Assembly (NCBI RefSeq): GCF_001194135.2
Contig: NC_068996.1
Coordinates: 7,856,488 to 7,920,316, forward strand
From: Octopus bimaculoides
Taxonomy: Eukaryota
DNA length: 63,829 bases
Direction: 5' to 3'
The notes under the pieces are model-generated. The model was not told the DNA's origin and searched no databases. It worked only from the letters and a program-made list of their open reading frames with translations. The first letter of the stretch is position 1. Each line of letters begins with the position of its first letter. A program made the position numbers and the translations under genes. Shown piece by piece: positions 49,582 to 61,480 of this stretch.

Positions 49582-50894
49582 CAGTTGAAAATCCTTTATC
49601 TGAAATTCCAGAATCCAAAAGATTTTTGAATGCCAACTTGATATTCCACCACTAGAATTGGAAAATTCCATAAAGTACTGGGGAGGTTCCACTAAATATA
49701 TCTGTTGTGTGCCATTATCACACATGACTCCAACCACATTGGGTGGGGCTTTTCCAACTCAGGTGAGTTGGCCTCTTGGGGGAAGTTTGTTGTTAGCAAT
49801 TGTCACAATAACACCTTAGCTGGTTATTCATTGTGATTACGACCAGTTTTGTAAGTACCTTTAAAAATAAAATGGCATCATCTTTGTTTTATTTATTTGC
49901 AATTATGTTAAACACTTTGTTTCTTTTTTTAACCTTACATAAAATCTAATATTAAAAAATAAAATACAAACGGCATACATATACTGTAACCTTTTAATCA
50001 GAACGTTACATTACAGGTAGACTGATATATTACTTTTCAGATGATATTATACATAAAAAAAGTTATTAAAAAATATATATATAACTACATTCAGGTTGTA
50101 TTCTTTCATATTTTATTCTTTTACTTGTTTCAGTCATTTGACTGTGGCCATGCTGGAGCACTGCCTTTAGTCGAACAAATTCACCCCAGGACTTATTCTT
50201 TGTAAGCCTTAGTACTTAATCTATCGATCTCTTTTCCCAAACCGTTAAGTTACGGGGACGCAAACACACCAGCATCAGTTGTCAAGTGATGGTGGGAGGA
50301 CAAACACAGACACACAAACACACATACATATATATATATATATATACATATATACGACAGGCTTCTTTCAGTTTCCGTCTACCAAATCCACTCACAAGGC
50401 TTTGATCAGCCCAAGGCTATAGTATAAGACACTTGCCCAAGGTGCCATGCAGTGGGACTAAACTCAGAACCATGTGGTTGGGAAGCAAGCTTCTTACCAC
50501 ACAACCACACCTGTGCCTTATGTGTAGACTATAATGATTTCAAATTTCAATTTCAAATTTTGGTAGAAGGCCACCAATTTTGGGGAAGGAGTAAATTGAC
50601 TACATTGACCCAAGGGCTAAACTGGTACTTATTTTATCAACACCAAGAGGATAAAAGACAGAGTTGACCCTGGAGGAATTTAAGCTCAGACTGTAAATGC
50701 CAGAAGATATGCCACTAAACATTTTGTCTGGCACAATAACGATTCTGCCACCTTGTTTCTATAATCTATATTATGAAATATAAATGGACATTGTGCTTAG
50801 AGTTGGGTCCTAACCCCAACCTGTCCCATTTTGCAGATGTAAATATAAAAATATTTTGAAATCAAAGGGATTTCAGGTAAGGGATTCTCAACTG
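49582..50894. mobile_element. Tigger4/MER46-like non-autonomous transposon with two nested SINEs
   Basis: TIRs cagttgaaaatcctttatctgaaattcc / gggatttcaggtaagggattctcaactg; nested family A (50110-50517,-) and family M (about 50560-50750,-). Confidence 0.75.
50110..50517 (-). mobile_element. Family A SINE
   Basis: Full motif set. Confidence 0.88.
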
Positions 50895-50914
50895 CATAAC
50901 ACTTAATATGTTAG

Positions 50915-51108
50915 TCTTTTACTTGTTTCAGTCATGTGACTGTTGCTATGCTGGAGCATCACCTTTTAGTCAAACAAATTGACCTCAGGACTTATTTTTT
51001 AAAGCCTGGTACTTATTCTATCAGTCTCTTTTGTTGAACTGCTGAATTATGGGGACACAAACACACTAACACCAGTTGTCTGGCACATTGACACACACAC
51101 ACACACAT

Positions 51109-51140
<32 letters not shown>

Positions 51141-51312
51141 TTTTTCGATGAGTTTCTTTCAGGTTCTATCAACCAAATCCACTCACCAAATCCACTTACT
51201 ATAGCCTAAGGCTATAGTAGAAGACACTTGCCCAAGATACCACACAGTGGAACTGAACCCAGAGCCATGTGGTTGGAAAGCAAATTTCTTACCACACACC
51301 CACACCTGCACC
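50915..51312 (-). mobile_element. Family A SINE, older
   Basis: Full motif set, diverged. Confidence 0.8.
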
Positions 51313-51759
51313 TATGATTAAACTTTTATTTACATAAATTTGTCATACAGTAACATAATGATTTCTTTCAAAAGGTACAAAATCGATTTTGGTAAAATGG
51401 CGAGGGCACAGGAAATAAATTGTTTAACCTGCTTGTTTCTTTCATAGGTACAAGACTTGTTTTGAGTGTATAAGAATGGCTTATTGTCATTTGAAACAAT
51501 CTCAGATTTTAGAGTCTGTTGTTTGATTGCTTCTCTCCATCACCTTTGAAGGGTATGACAAACCAAGAATTTCATATGCACAGACTTTGAGGATTGATGA
51601 ACTCAGAACACAGTAGTAAATTTAGTCTGGCATTTTAATGTCTCAGACATCAACCACCATCTAAAATATGATATAATTGCTTAATTAAAATAAATTACTG
51701 GGCCAGCTGTTATGGAGTTAATTGTGTGATTATAGCATATTACAGGTTGCAGTGGCAAT

Positions 51760-51991
51760 GCTGGTAGCAGCAGCAGCAGTGATGGTGGTGGTGGCGACAG
51801 TAGTGGTGGTGGTGGTGGTGGCGGCAACAGTGGTAGTAGTAGTAGTTGTGTAGTGATGGTGGTTGCAATTGTAGCTGTTATTGCTGTTGTGATTGTTACT
51901 GTGTTGGTGGTGTGTTGTTTGTTAGTGTTGTTGCTTTTGCAGTTGTTTGTCATTGTTATTGTTGATGCTGCTGTTGTTACTGTTGTCATTT

Positions 51992-52022
<31 letters not shown>

Positions 52023-52030
52023 ATGATGTT
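51760..52030. repeat. Compound (GCA)/(GGT)/(GTT) trinucleotide repeat
   Basis: Directly visible. Confidence 0.9.
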
Positions 52031-52236
52031 TAGCCCTACTTGAGCTCTGATTGGAAAACCCATTCCTCCATGTTGTGAAGAAATGTCTTTCAGAATTATG
52101 TATCTTCAGGTTCAATTCCATGTATGCAACTCTTTGAACAAGTGCCTTCTACTATAACCTCAAATTAATCAATGCACACACACACCCCCACCCACCACCA
52201 CCAAGTAAAATTTAGAAGGTGGAAACTGAACAGAAG

Positions 52237-52467
52237 GTGATGAACTGGCAGAAACATTAGCACGCCGGGCGAGATGTTTAGCGGTATTTCGTCTGCCATT
52301 ACGTTCTGAGTTCAAATTCCGCCGAGGTCAACTTTGCCTTTCATCCTTTCGGGGTCGATAAATAAAGTACCAGTTACACACTGGGGTCAATGTAGTCGAC
52401 TTAATCCCTTTGTCTGTCCTTGTTTGTCTCCTCTATGTTTAGTCCCATGTGGGCAATAAAAAAATAG
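52237..52467 (+). mobile_element. Family M SINE, young, inside a family A fragment
   Basis: TSD gaaactgaacagaag (52222-52236) / aaaactgtacagaag (52468-52482). Confidence 0.87.
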
Positions 52468-53189
52468 AAAACTGTACAGAAGCCAATAAGTGGGACTATT
52501 TTCATTCTTAAATGGTAGACTTAATCTTTCACCCTGCATAAAGGAACCACCTGGTCTTTGGGTGTCTTTAGCAGAGGTGTAGTCCCCAAGAATACTAACA
52601 AGTCTGTTGTAAATAGTCATGCCAGGTCTTCAGATAGAGGAAAATTTCTCCTCTTTCTCTGATCCATCATGAAAAAAAGAGAAAAATAACATTGGAGCTG
52701 TCCTTCTTCTAAGTAAGTTGTTAAAAAGATATTTCTTTTAAAAAGACATTCCATCCATAACTGTCCTGTCTGATACAGTATATCTATAACCACACAACCT
52801 AAAATCTTGTTTCCATCATATGAAAATGATAGGGTGGGAAGTTTTACTGCTATTTCTAGCAAACAGAGCGACTACTTAGAGGTCTCCCTTATGTCCTCTA
52901 CTGGCTCTTTTATTAGATGCTTTCTTTTTGATGTCACCTGAAGAGAAAATAAAAGGACAATCTTGAATATGCATTCCTTCATTTGTTTCATTGTTTAATC
53001 TCTGTTTTTCCCTCATAGCATAGATTAGATAGGTAGATACATGAGGTAGGATTTTCACAGCCAAATGCAAGCATGGCTTTATGGTAAAGAAGCTTGCTTC
53101 CCAACTATGTGGCTTGAGGCTCAGTACTGCTGTGAAGCACATCGAGCAAGTGTTTTCTACTGTAATGCCAGCTATCAACAAAAGCATAA

Positions 53190-53315
53190 CAAGCAGGTTT
53201 GGTAGTCAGTTTTGAAGGATGCAGTGCTCCGACAACTAACAACTGATGCCAGCAGTTTTTTCCATACTTCAGCAACTCTTAGTGTGAAAAAGAGTTGCTG
53301 AAGTATGAGTGTTTG
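53190..53315 (-). mobile_element. CR1-like LINE 3' end fragment
   Basis: Minus: FFTLRVAEVWKKLLASVVSCRSTASFKT; homologous to 62661-62925. Confidence 0.7.
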
Positions 53316-53395
53316 TATACATATACATACATACATACATACATACATACATACATACATACATGGATGCATACATACATACATACATACATACA

Positions 53396-53426
<31 letters not shown>

Positions 53427-53560
53427 GATGGTAGTGATGATGATTGGCTAGCTTTTTTTATATTTCTTTTCCATATTTCTCAAGAAGGAGTTGGATTCAG
53501 GAATCAGGTACCATTCTGGAAAAGTGGACATATTGATAAATAGAAATGTTAGATGTAAGA

Positions 53561-54180
53561 AAGGCAGGTGAGCTGGCAGAAACGTTAGCAAGCCAGTCGA
53601 AATGCTTAGTGGTGTAAAATTATATATGAAGAAACAGTAAAACGGTTAACAACATAATAAAATTAAGTTTTATTTTTGATGATGCTTGGTTATACAAATC
53701 CTGTGTCATTCAGGTTAACAGCCGCTGATTAATTTGTAGTCAGTATTGGAAGGTTAAGAGCTTCCTTGATGCATGCCGGAGGAGCAAATAGCTATCACAT
53801 CGAAGGCATCGTGGTGAAGAGTGCTTCGCAAGGTGTTGTCACGTCGAAGGTGTCATGCTCAAGAGGCTTAGAAAGTGAAACAAACTCTTTAAGTACTAGT
53901 TTTACTACGCATGCGCACTCGAGGGGCTTCTGGAAAAGGCAAGTCCCTTGCGCATGTGCAGATAGTACTTCCTCAATGGCGGCTATAATTTCGCGCCACT
54001 ACAGTGGTATTTCGTCTGTCTTTACGTTCTGAGTTCAAATTTCACCGAGGTCGACTTTGCCTTTCATCCTTTCGGGGTTGATAAATTAAGTACCAGTTAC
54101 GCATTGGGGTCGATGCAATTGATTTAATCCCTTGTTTGTCCCCTCTATGTTTAGCCCCTTGTGGGCAGTAAAGAAATAAG
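53561..54180 (+). mobile_element. Family M SINE split by a MITE
   Basis: 18-bp TSD agaaa(t/c)gttagatgtaag at 53542-53559 and 54179-54196. Confidence 0.87.
53607..54001. mobile_element. 395-bp non-autonomous DNA transposon (MITE)
   Basis: TIR tagtggtgtaaaattata / tataatttcgcgccacta (15/18; differences are CpG-decay type); SINE sequence resumes immediately after. Confidence 0.78.
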
Positions 54181-54454
54181 AAACGTTAGATGTAAGCATG
54201 TATATATGGCTTGTTAAAAGTTATTATGCATAGGAGTATACATTCAAATACATTTAGGTAGAGATGTGGGAGAGTGTGTCCATGAGGAATAGAGTAGAAA
54301 TTAATTGATATGGGGGGAAAAAATAAATAATCAGGAAAAGAATTTAAGTTGAGAAGTGAGTTAGATAATAATAGAAGTCTATAAGTGAATGGAATTAGAG
54401 ATTGATGGAAGAGTATTTGAGTTGTTATCTAGGTCTGTTTGTAAGATAATCTGA

Positions 54455-54636
54455 ATGTTTTAAGAATTTTGTGGTTACAGCTTATTGTCAGTTTGTTTCT
54501 TTTGTTTAGAAGTTGTATGCTGGATGCTAGGATCTGGGTTGCCTCCTGCATGCACAATTGGCAAGGCCTTCTTTCTCTAGTGTAAGGGGTTGCATGCTTC
54601 ACCATGCTCCAGTGGAGTGCATATTTAGCATTCTGG
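54455..54636 (-). pseudogene. Penelope-like endonuclease C-terminal fragment
   Basis: Minus, open frame: YALHWSMVKHATPYTRERRPCQLCMQEATQILASSIQLLNKRNKLTISCNHK, matching PLE W.I...A..Y....C.LC..E..I...LLNKR.E..S.C.H. Confidence 0.75.
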
Positions 54637-54733
54637 TTTTTTTTACCTCCATACTGTCATATGTACTCTACAAGTGATGTTGAATGTGCCAATCTTACAT
54701 TTTCAAATGAGTGTTTGTTTATGTACACATACA

Positions 54734-54767
<34 letters not shown>

Positions 54768-54782
54768 ATCAAAATAAGCATA

Positions 54783-55540
54783 TAGGGGTGAGAGAGCAGA
54801 CAGAAATCATGGTTGGTATAATCATAAACTCATGCAGTTTGGTAAAGGAAAACTTAAAACAAGATGTTGGCTGACAACTAAGGGGTCACCACTAGCAGAC
54901 CATTGATAATGAAACAGCATATATAAAACTATACTGATATATTTACTACATATATAAAAAAACTCTTTAGAATATAATTTTATTAATATATAATTAGAAT
55001 GTTCTTTTACCTCAATACTCCTTTATTAATATCAGTATATACCTATTAATCAATATTCATAGATATCATATGATTAGTTAGTTTTTTAAGTGTACAGTCT
55101 ATATAAATATTAAACTGTCTTCTCAACGCTTCTAAAAAGCAAACTTCATTTGTTTGTTTATGTTTATCGTAATTAGAATTTAAATATTAAACTATTTCTG
55201 AATAATTTTCTTTTCTTTTCCTCCCTCTATTGTGGTATAAGTTTGGTATATGCTCAAAAGTATCCATAAATTTCTATCCTTTTGTTAATATATTCTTATT
55301 AATAACTCTATGAATAGCCATAAACTTTGTCTGTATACAATATAGCAACATTGTTTTAAAACTTTTAACTATAGTATTATATGATAAGACTTCCCCTGTT
55401 TCATTATCAATGGTCTGCTAGTGGGCGACCCCCCCCCCCCTTAGTTGTCAGTCAACACCTTGTTTTAAGTTTTCCTTTACCAAACCTCATGATTTTTATG
55501 ACTATACCAACTATAATTTCTGTCTGCTCTCTCACCCCTA
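54783..55540. mobile_element. About 755-bp MITE/fold-back with about 140-bp TIRs
   Basis: TA-ggggtgagagagcagacagaaat...ccactagcagaccattgataatgaaacag (54783-54918) and its reverse complement (55396-55540); AT-rich spacer. Confidence 0.9.
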
Positions 55541-56310
55541 CTCCTAACAGATAATGCCCTTTATTCTCTTAAGCTTTAGATATACAAGATTGATATGATA
55601 GTCTATAAATTTAAACTAAAAGAACAAATAAAATCAGTGACAGGCAGAGTCTTCTTTGACATTTTTGTTATTAGCTTCCATGATGTGGCTAAAGCAAGAT
55701 GTTCTATGTCTGTCTCCCTAACCTCTGGGAGATTTTAGGTATTATTACACTAATATGTCCATTTGTTTTAATTTAATCAAATTCTATGTTTTTGTGCAGC
55801 TGAAGATTGCTCTGCATTTTAAATTGATGTAATGATTATATTGTTCAATTAAATGGAGTTCATGAAACGATCGTACTGCATTACCTCTGGATATCCTTGT
55901 TGCTTATTTTGAATTTAATCACCTTACTTTGAAATTGTATGGATAATACTGTACTAAATTCTGGTGCCTAAACTTAAGTACCATATTCACCTGAATCTAT
56001 GTATGTATGTATGTATGTATGTATGTATGTATGTATGTATACATGCATGCATGCATGTATCTATCTATCTATCTATATATANNNNNNNNNNNNNNNNNNN
56101 NNNNNNNNNNNNNNNNNNNNNNNNNNNNNNNNNNNNNNNNNNNNNNNNNNNNNNNNNNNNNNNNNNNNNNNNNNNNNNNNNNNNNNNNNNNNNNNNNNNN
56201 NNNNNNNNNNNNNNNNNNNNNNNNNNNNNNNNNNNNNNNNNNNNNNNNNNNNNNNNNNNNNNNNNNNNNNNNNNNNNNNNNNNNNNNNNNNNNNNNNNNN
56301 NNNNNNNNNN

Positions 56311-56590
56311 TCTAAAGGAGACTACGGCAGTGGTGCTGGAAATTAATAGTTATCGCCAAGCCATCATGGCAGTCCCAAAATTAGGACGAAAGCTGCCGTG
56401 AATTAGCTCCAAGAAGCCATCGCCTCTAGCTAGCTATGTGACACACGAAACCTGTGTCCTTTATAACCTTCGAACAGGGGAGGTCAGCAGCTTCCCCTTG
56501 CTGGTTTGGCATCTGCAGACTAGACTAGTTTCAGGGTGTTGCCCCTTGTCAATGCAGAGCAGCCAAGCTCCAGCCAGGCGGCGCTACTGA
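56311..56590 (+). mobile_element. Unclassified GC-richer repeat with a structured 5' segment
   Basis: Five nested stems in 56317-56410; truncated by the gap on the left; strand assumed. Confidence 0.45.
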
Positions 56591-56593
56591 CTG

Positions 56594-56631
<38 letters not shown>

Positions 56632-56790
56632 TTAAGGGTGGCAAGCTGGCAGAATCATTAGCACGCCGGGCGAAATTCTTAGTGGTATTTTGTCTGCTGT
56701 TACATTCTGTGTTCAAATTCTGCCGAGATTGACTTTGCCTTTCATCCTTTCGGAGTTGATTAAATAAGTACTTGTGTCCATGTTCAATGG
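56632..56790 (+). mobile_element. Family M SINE, 3'-truncated
   Basis: gggtggcaagctggcagaatcattagcacgccgggcgaaat...gactttgcctttcatcctttcggagttgattaaataagtac. Confidence 0.8.
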
Positions 56791-57320
56791 TGAACACCCA
56801 GCCACTAGAGATAGCAAGAATTTGCTCTGCCTCACAATATATTGAAAACCAAGTGACAGCCAGTCTGATGGTAAGAGTTCACTCTCCTGCTTGCAATATA
56901 TATTGGGTGCAAATTGCATCAATAGCCAACTGGAAGAGAATCTTCCTGAGATTAAAGACAGTAGTCATGCTGAACAGCCATGTTGAAATGACAATAAATA
57001 TTACTTCTCAGTATAGTTACTAACTTTCATCTCTTGAGCCTGGTGTAGCCATCTGGTTCTCCAGTCTTCAGTCAAATCGTCCAACCCATGCTAGCATGGA
57101 AAACGGACGTTAAACGATGATGATGATGATGGTGATGATGAATATATATAGTTTTAGGGAAAAGAACCAACGTTCATGAACTCATCGATGACAATCCACA
57201 GTCACATATAGAAAAATTAATAATTAAAAGCACAATAAATAAGTATAATATAATACAAAGTAAATATCATGTATATATTATATATATAAATGTGTGTGTG
57301 TGTGTGTATGTGTGTGTGTG

Positions 57321-57364
<44 letters not shown>

Positions 57365-57577
57365 TGTATATATGTATGTTTTGTGTGTTAGCACTTATCA
57401 AAGAGTCTGATAAATACTAATGCTCAAAACTCTTGGTCCTTGTTGCTTCAGATAAATAGTAATAAAAAATATATACACATACTCATGTTTTGAGTTCAAC
57501 TTTTCTTATTTGCATCACCATACTTATATATATAGATATAGATATAGATACTGATATATAGATAATCAGAAAATGGA

Positions 57578-57718
57578 GAAAACCTCACATTAACAAACAC
57601 ATCGATTGGATCACATTTGTAGCCTATTTTTTAATGCAAAGCATGTTATGTCATGCATTGTATTAAAAACAAGCTATCAATGTTGCCCAATCGATGTGTT
57701 TGTCAATGTGATGTTTTC
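57578..57718. repeat. 141-nt imperfect hairpin
   Basis: gaaaacctcacattaacaaacacatcgattgg pairs with ccaatcgatgtgtttgtcaatgtgatgttttc; inner tagc/gcta, tttttaat/attaaaaa and gcatg/catgc also pair. Confidence 0.85.
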
Positions 57719-57894
57719 TGATCATTTGTATTTTGCTTCCTGATAAACTCTTGTTTATCCTGTTGTTATCTGCACTCTACATGCATAGTGTGCCTGCACA
57801 CCAATTCCCGGGGATAACATGAGTAACAGATACCGATAGTATATATGGATATTTTATCCCTTAGTTGGTTATTATAACCACTAACTCTGTTTAC

Positions 57895-57937
<43 letters not shown>

Positions 57938-57947
57938 NNNNNNNNNN

Positions 57948-57990
<43 letters not shown>

Positions 57991-59089
57991 TCAAATAGAG
58001 GCTGTAATAGCCTCATAAAATGGATGGTATATTCTAAGGAAATACTGGTTCAATACCTAATATTTTGATGTGGAAATGATGCAAACAACTAACACATAAT
58101 ATTTTCTAAGGGTATATTCTTTCCCTCTCTGATGAGATTAAGCTCAGAAATATGATTTTAATATGTTTTAATTTCACTGTGCTTAATTGAAACAGCTGTA
58201 AGAGATAATGATCAATTTTTGTTAAACTCTTATTAACCATCCCCATTTTCTTATTCTTCATATATGTGTATATGTATGTATATATATATATATATNNNNN
58301 NNNNNNNNNNNNNNNNNNNNNNNNNNNNNNNNNNNNNNNNNNNNNNNNNNNNNNNNNNNNNNNNNNNNNNNNNNNNNNNNNNNNNNNNNNNNNNNNNNNN
58401 NNNNNNNNNNNNNNNNNNNNNNNNNNNNNNNNNNNNNNNNNNNNNNNNNNNNNNNNNNNNNNNNNNNNNNNNNNNNNNNNNNNNNNNNNNNNNNNNNNNN
58501 NNNNNNNNNNNNNNNNNNNNNNNNNNNNNNNNNNNNNNNNNNNNNNNNNNNNNNNNNNNNNNNNNNNNNNNNNNNNNNNNNNNNNNNNNNNNNNNNNNNN
58601 NNNNNNNNNNNNNNNNNNNNNNNNNNNNNNNNNNNNNNNNNNNNNNNNNNNNNNNNNNNNNNNNNNNNNNNNNNNNNNNNNNNNNNNNNNNNNNNNNNNN
58701 NNNNNNNNNNNNNNNNNNNNNNNNNNNNNNNNNNNNNNNNNNNNNNNNNNNNNNNNNNNNNNNNNNNNNNNNNNNNNNNNNNNNNNNNNNNNNNNNNNNN
58801 NNNNNNNNNNNNNNNNNNNNNNNNNNNNNNNNNNNNNNNNNNNNNNNNNNNNNNNNNNNNNNNNNNNNNNNNNNNNNNNNNNNNNNNNNNNNNNNNNNNN
58901 NNNNNNNNNNNNNNNNNNNNNNNNNNNNNNNNNNNNNNNNNNNNNNNNNNNNNNNNNNNNNNNNNNNNNNNNNNNNNNNNNNNNNNNNNNNNNNNNNNNN
59001 NNNNNNNNNNNNNNNNNNNNNNNNNNNNNNNNNNNNNNNNNNNNNNNNNNNNNNNNNNNNNNNNNNNNNNNNNNNNNTATATATATACT

Positions 59090-59422
59090 GAGACCCCCTT
59101 CGGTTATGAATGTCCATGGGATTGCACCTAAAAAGTTACCCTCCCAGGCACAAGTCCGGGCAAGGTTGGTTATGGAAGACCAGCAGTTACCCATGTATAC
59201 CAACTTTTCCTCTCCATGCCACTGATGTTGTCCAAGGGAAAGCCAAAGACCAATACAGTTTGGCACCAGTAATGTTGCAACTGATTTCTACAGCTGAGTG
59301 AACTGGAGGGATGTGAAGTAAAGTGTCTTGCTCAAGAACATAGCACGCAACCCGACCTGGGATTCGAACTCACAACCTCTTGATCATAAGCTCGACACTC
59401 TAACCACTGAGCCATGTGCCTG
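59090..59422 (-). mobile_element. Family D SINE copy 2
   Basis: Colinear with 25572-25909. Confidence 0.85.
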
Positions 59423-60128
59423 TATGTGGGTGTGTGTTTGTGAAATTGTGCCTGTTTGTCCCCATCACTACTTGACGACCAGTGTTGGTTTGTTTATGTC
59501 TGTCCTGTTCCAGTAACTTAGCAGTGGCCAATGGAATTAATGCCAGACTTACAAAATAGATGCTGAGATCGATTTGTTTGACTAAACAATTCAAGTTGGT
59601 GCCCCAGTATGGCTGCAGTTCAATGACTGAAACCAGCAAAAGAAAATATTGAAAAAAAAGATACTCATGACTGAAACCGCTTTGGTAAAAGATGTGCTCA
59701 GTCAATTCTAACTTGAGACTAAACAACAACATGAATAACAACAACAACATTCCCAAGAACTATAGGTAATTCAAAACAAAATTCAATCGTCAATTTTCCT
59801 TTTCGTTTTTCCCTCTCTTTAATCCAATTTCATGTTCTTTTTTCAAAAGTCACTGATGTAATAATGCAGCAGATGTTAGTTATTTTCATTATCAAAATAC
59901 TTTTATATGTTTATCATCAAAGAAACAACAACAAATGAACCAAAAAAAAAAAGAAAGATAGTTTGACAGAAAATGAAATTGACAAACAGCAACAAACAAC
60001 AATAACAACATCAACAGCAACAACAATAACAACAACTACAACAATAACAGGAGAATCAAAACTATTTTCCATATATAGAATTCTTCAATGAATTATTTTT
60101 GGGGTTTATTTATTTTGTTTTTATTCAT

Positions 60129-60175
<47 letters not shown>

Positions 60176-60546
60176 TTTTGTTTTAACTCTCCAATTTTCT
60201 TTTGGAGCAATTTTGTTTTATTTGACATCCTCCTTAAAGTACAAAGGTAAATTTTCAAAATAAGATACTTCCAAACTGAAACCAAACTGGTAAAAAAAAA
60301 TATTTAAAAAAATTAAAAAATTGGAGACTAAAATAAACAAACAAACAAATAAATAAATAAATAAATAAATAAATAAAATGCAATCAATAAGAAATGAAGA
60401 AAGAAGAAAAGAAAGAAGGGTGGGGAAGAAACTGTTATTTGAAATATGTAATCAAAGTAACATTCTAAGTTACAGTTTCAGAATGATTTTTTTTTTTTTT
60501 TTAATATTGCAATGTGGAAGATGCAGCATTAACTTAAAGAATCTAT

Positions 60547-60945
60547 TCATCATCATCAACATCATCATCATCACCATCATCACCATCATCGTCATAGTCA
60601 TCACCAACATCACCATCATCATCGTTGTTATCGTCATCGTCGTCATTGTCATCATCCTCATCATCATCATCATCATCACCACCACCACCACCACCACCAC
60701 CGTTGTCATTGTTATCGTCATCATTGTCGTCATTGTCATCATCATCATCATCATCGTCATTGTTGTCATCGTCGTCATTGTCATCATCATCATTGTCATC
60801 GTCGTCATTGTCGTCATTGTCTTCATCATCATCATCGTCGTCATCGTCGTCATCGTCATCATCGTCGTCATCATCATCATCATCATCATCATCACTGTCA
60901 TCATTTAATGTCCCTTTTTCCATGCCAGCACGAGTTGAATGGTCC
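60547..60945 (-). repeat. About 350-bp (CAT/CGT/CAC)n tract contiguous with an RTE 3' end
   Basis: Tract runs directly into tcatttaatgtccctttttccatgccagcacgagttg (RTE terminus). Confidence 0.85.
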
Positions 60946-61480
60946 AACAAGAACAGACAAGCTAGAGAGCTGTATCATTGGTAGCAGTATCGGAATGTCA
61001 GACGAATTCTTTTCGACGTTTATCAGCAAAGACATGGCTATGTGAGTAAGAAGTTTGCTCCTCAAACCACGTGGTTTCAGGTTCAGTCCCACTACAGAGT
61101 ACCTGAGGCAAATGTCTTCTAATATTACTTCAGGACAGCCACTGAATTAACTCACAAAGTCTTCTGAGTGAATTTAGTAGGTGGAAACTAAAGACTGTTA
61201 CGCGTATATTGGTATGTCAAAGTGCTTGTGCTTCCTTCGATAGGAGGGAAAAATTATGGCTTTCTGTATTCTGAGTTCAAATCCTGCGTGAGGGCAACTT
61301 TGCTTTCCATTCTTCCAAGGTTTTGATCCCTCCAAAAGCAATAAAATAAATTTTAAAAAACCCGGTCTAATGCACAGGGATAGGAACTAAAAGGGTTGGT
61401 AATAGGGAAGGCATCCAATCATAATACACTACATCAGAAAGTCTCACCCGGCTCATTCCAGCCTGGAAAAAAAAAAAACT

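Larger units (their letters stand above)
12966..59077. other. Assembly gaps (N-runs)
   Basis: 12966-13217, 16715-16813, 20818-21460, 28669-28997, 49436-49445, 56082-56310, 57938-57947, 58296-59077; most are flanked by microsatellites. Confidence 0.98.

Noticed and set aside
51432-51530. Possible terminal exon (ttgtttctttcatag/G, 26 codons YKTCFECIRMAY...)
   Set aside because: A plausible acceptor but no recognisable product or partner exons.
58129-58150. CTGATGA...GAAA hammerhead-like string
   Set aside because: Only a 2-bp stem II, an extra A before GAAA, no stem I, and G at the cleavage position.
20712-59266. Long ORFs containing X runs (20712-21567, 28495-29300, 55964-56401, 58106-59266)
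   Set aside because: Open only because they read through assembly gaps.
60122-60378. Inverted (ATTT)n/(AAAT)n with ctccaatttt/aaaattggag
   Set aside because: Only 10 bp of non-microsatellite complementarity.
60378-60984. Poly-Asp, poly-Met, poly-Ile and poly-Ser ORFs
   Set aside because: All frames of the (CAT)n tract; it is an expanded retroposon tail.
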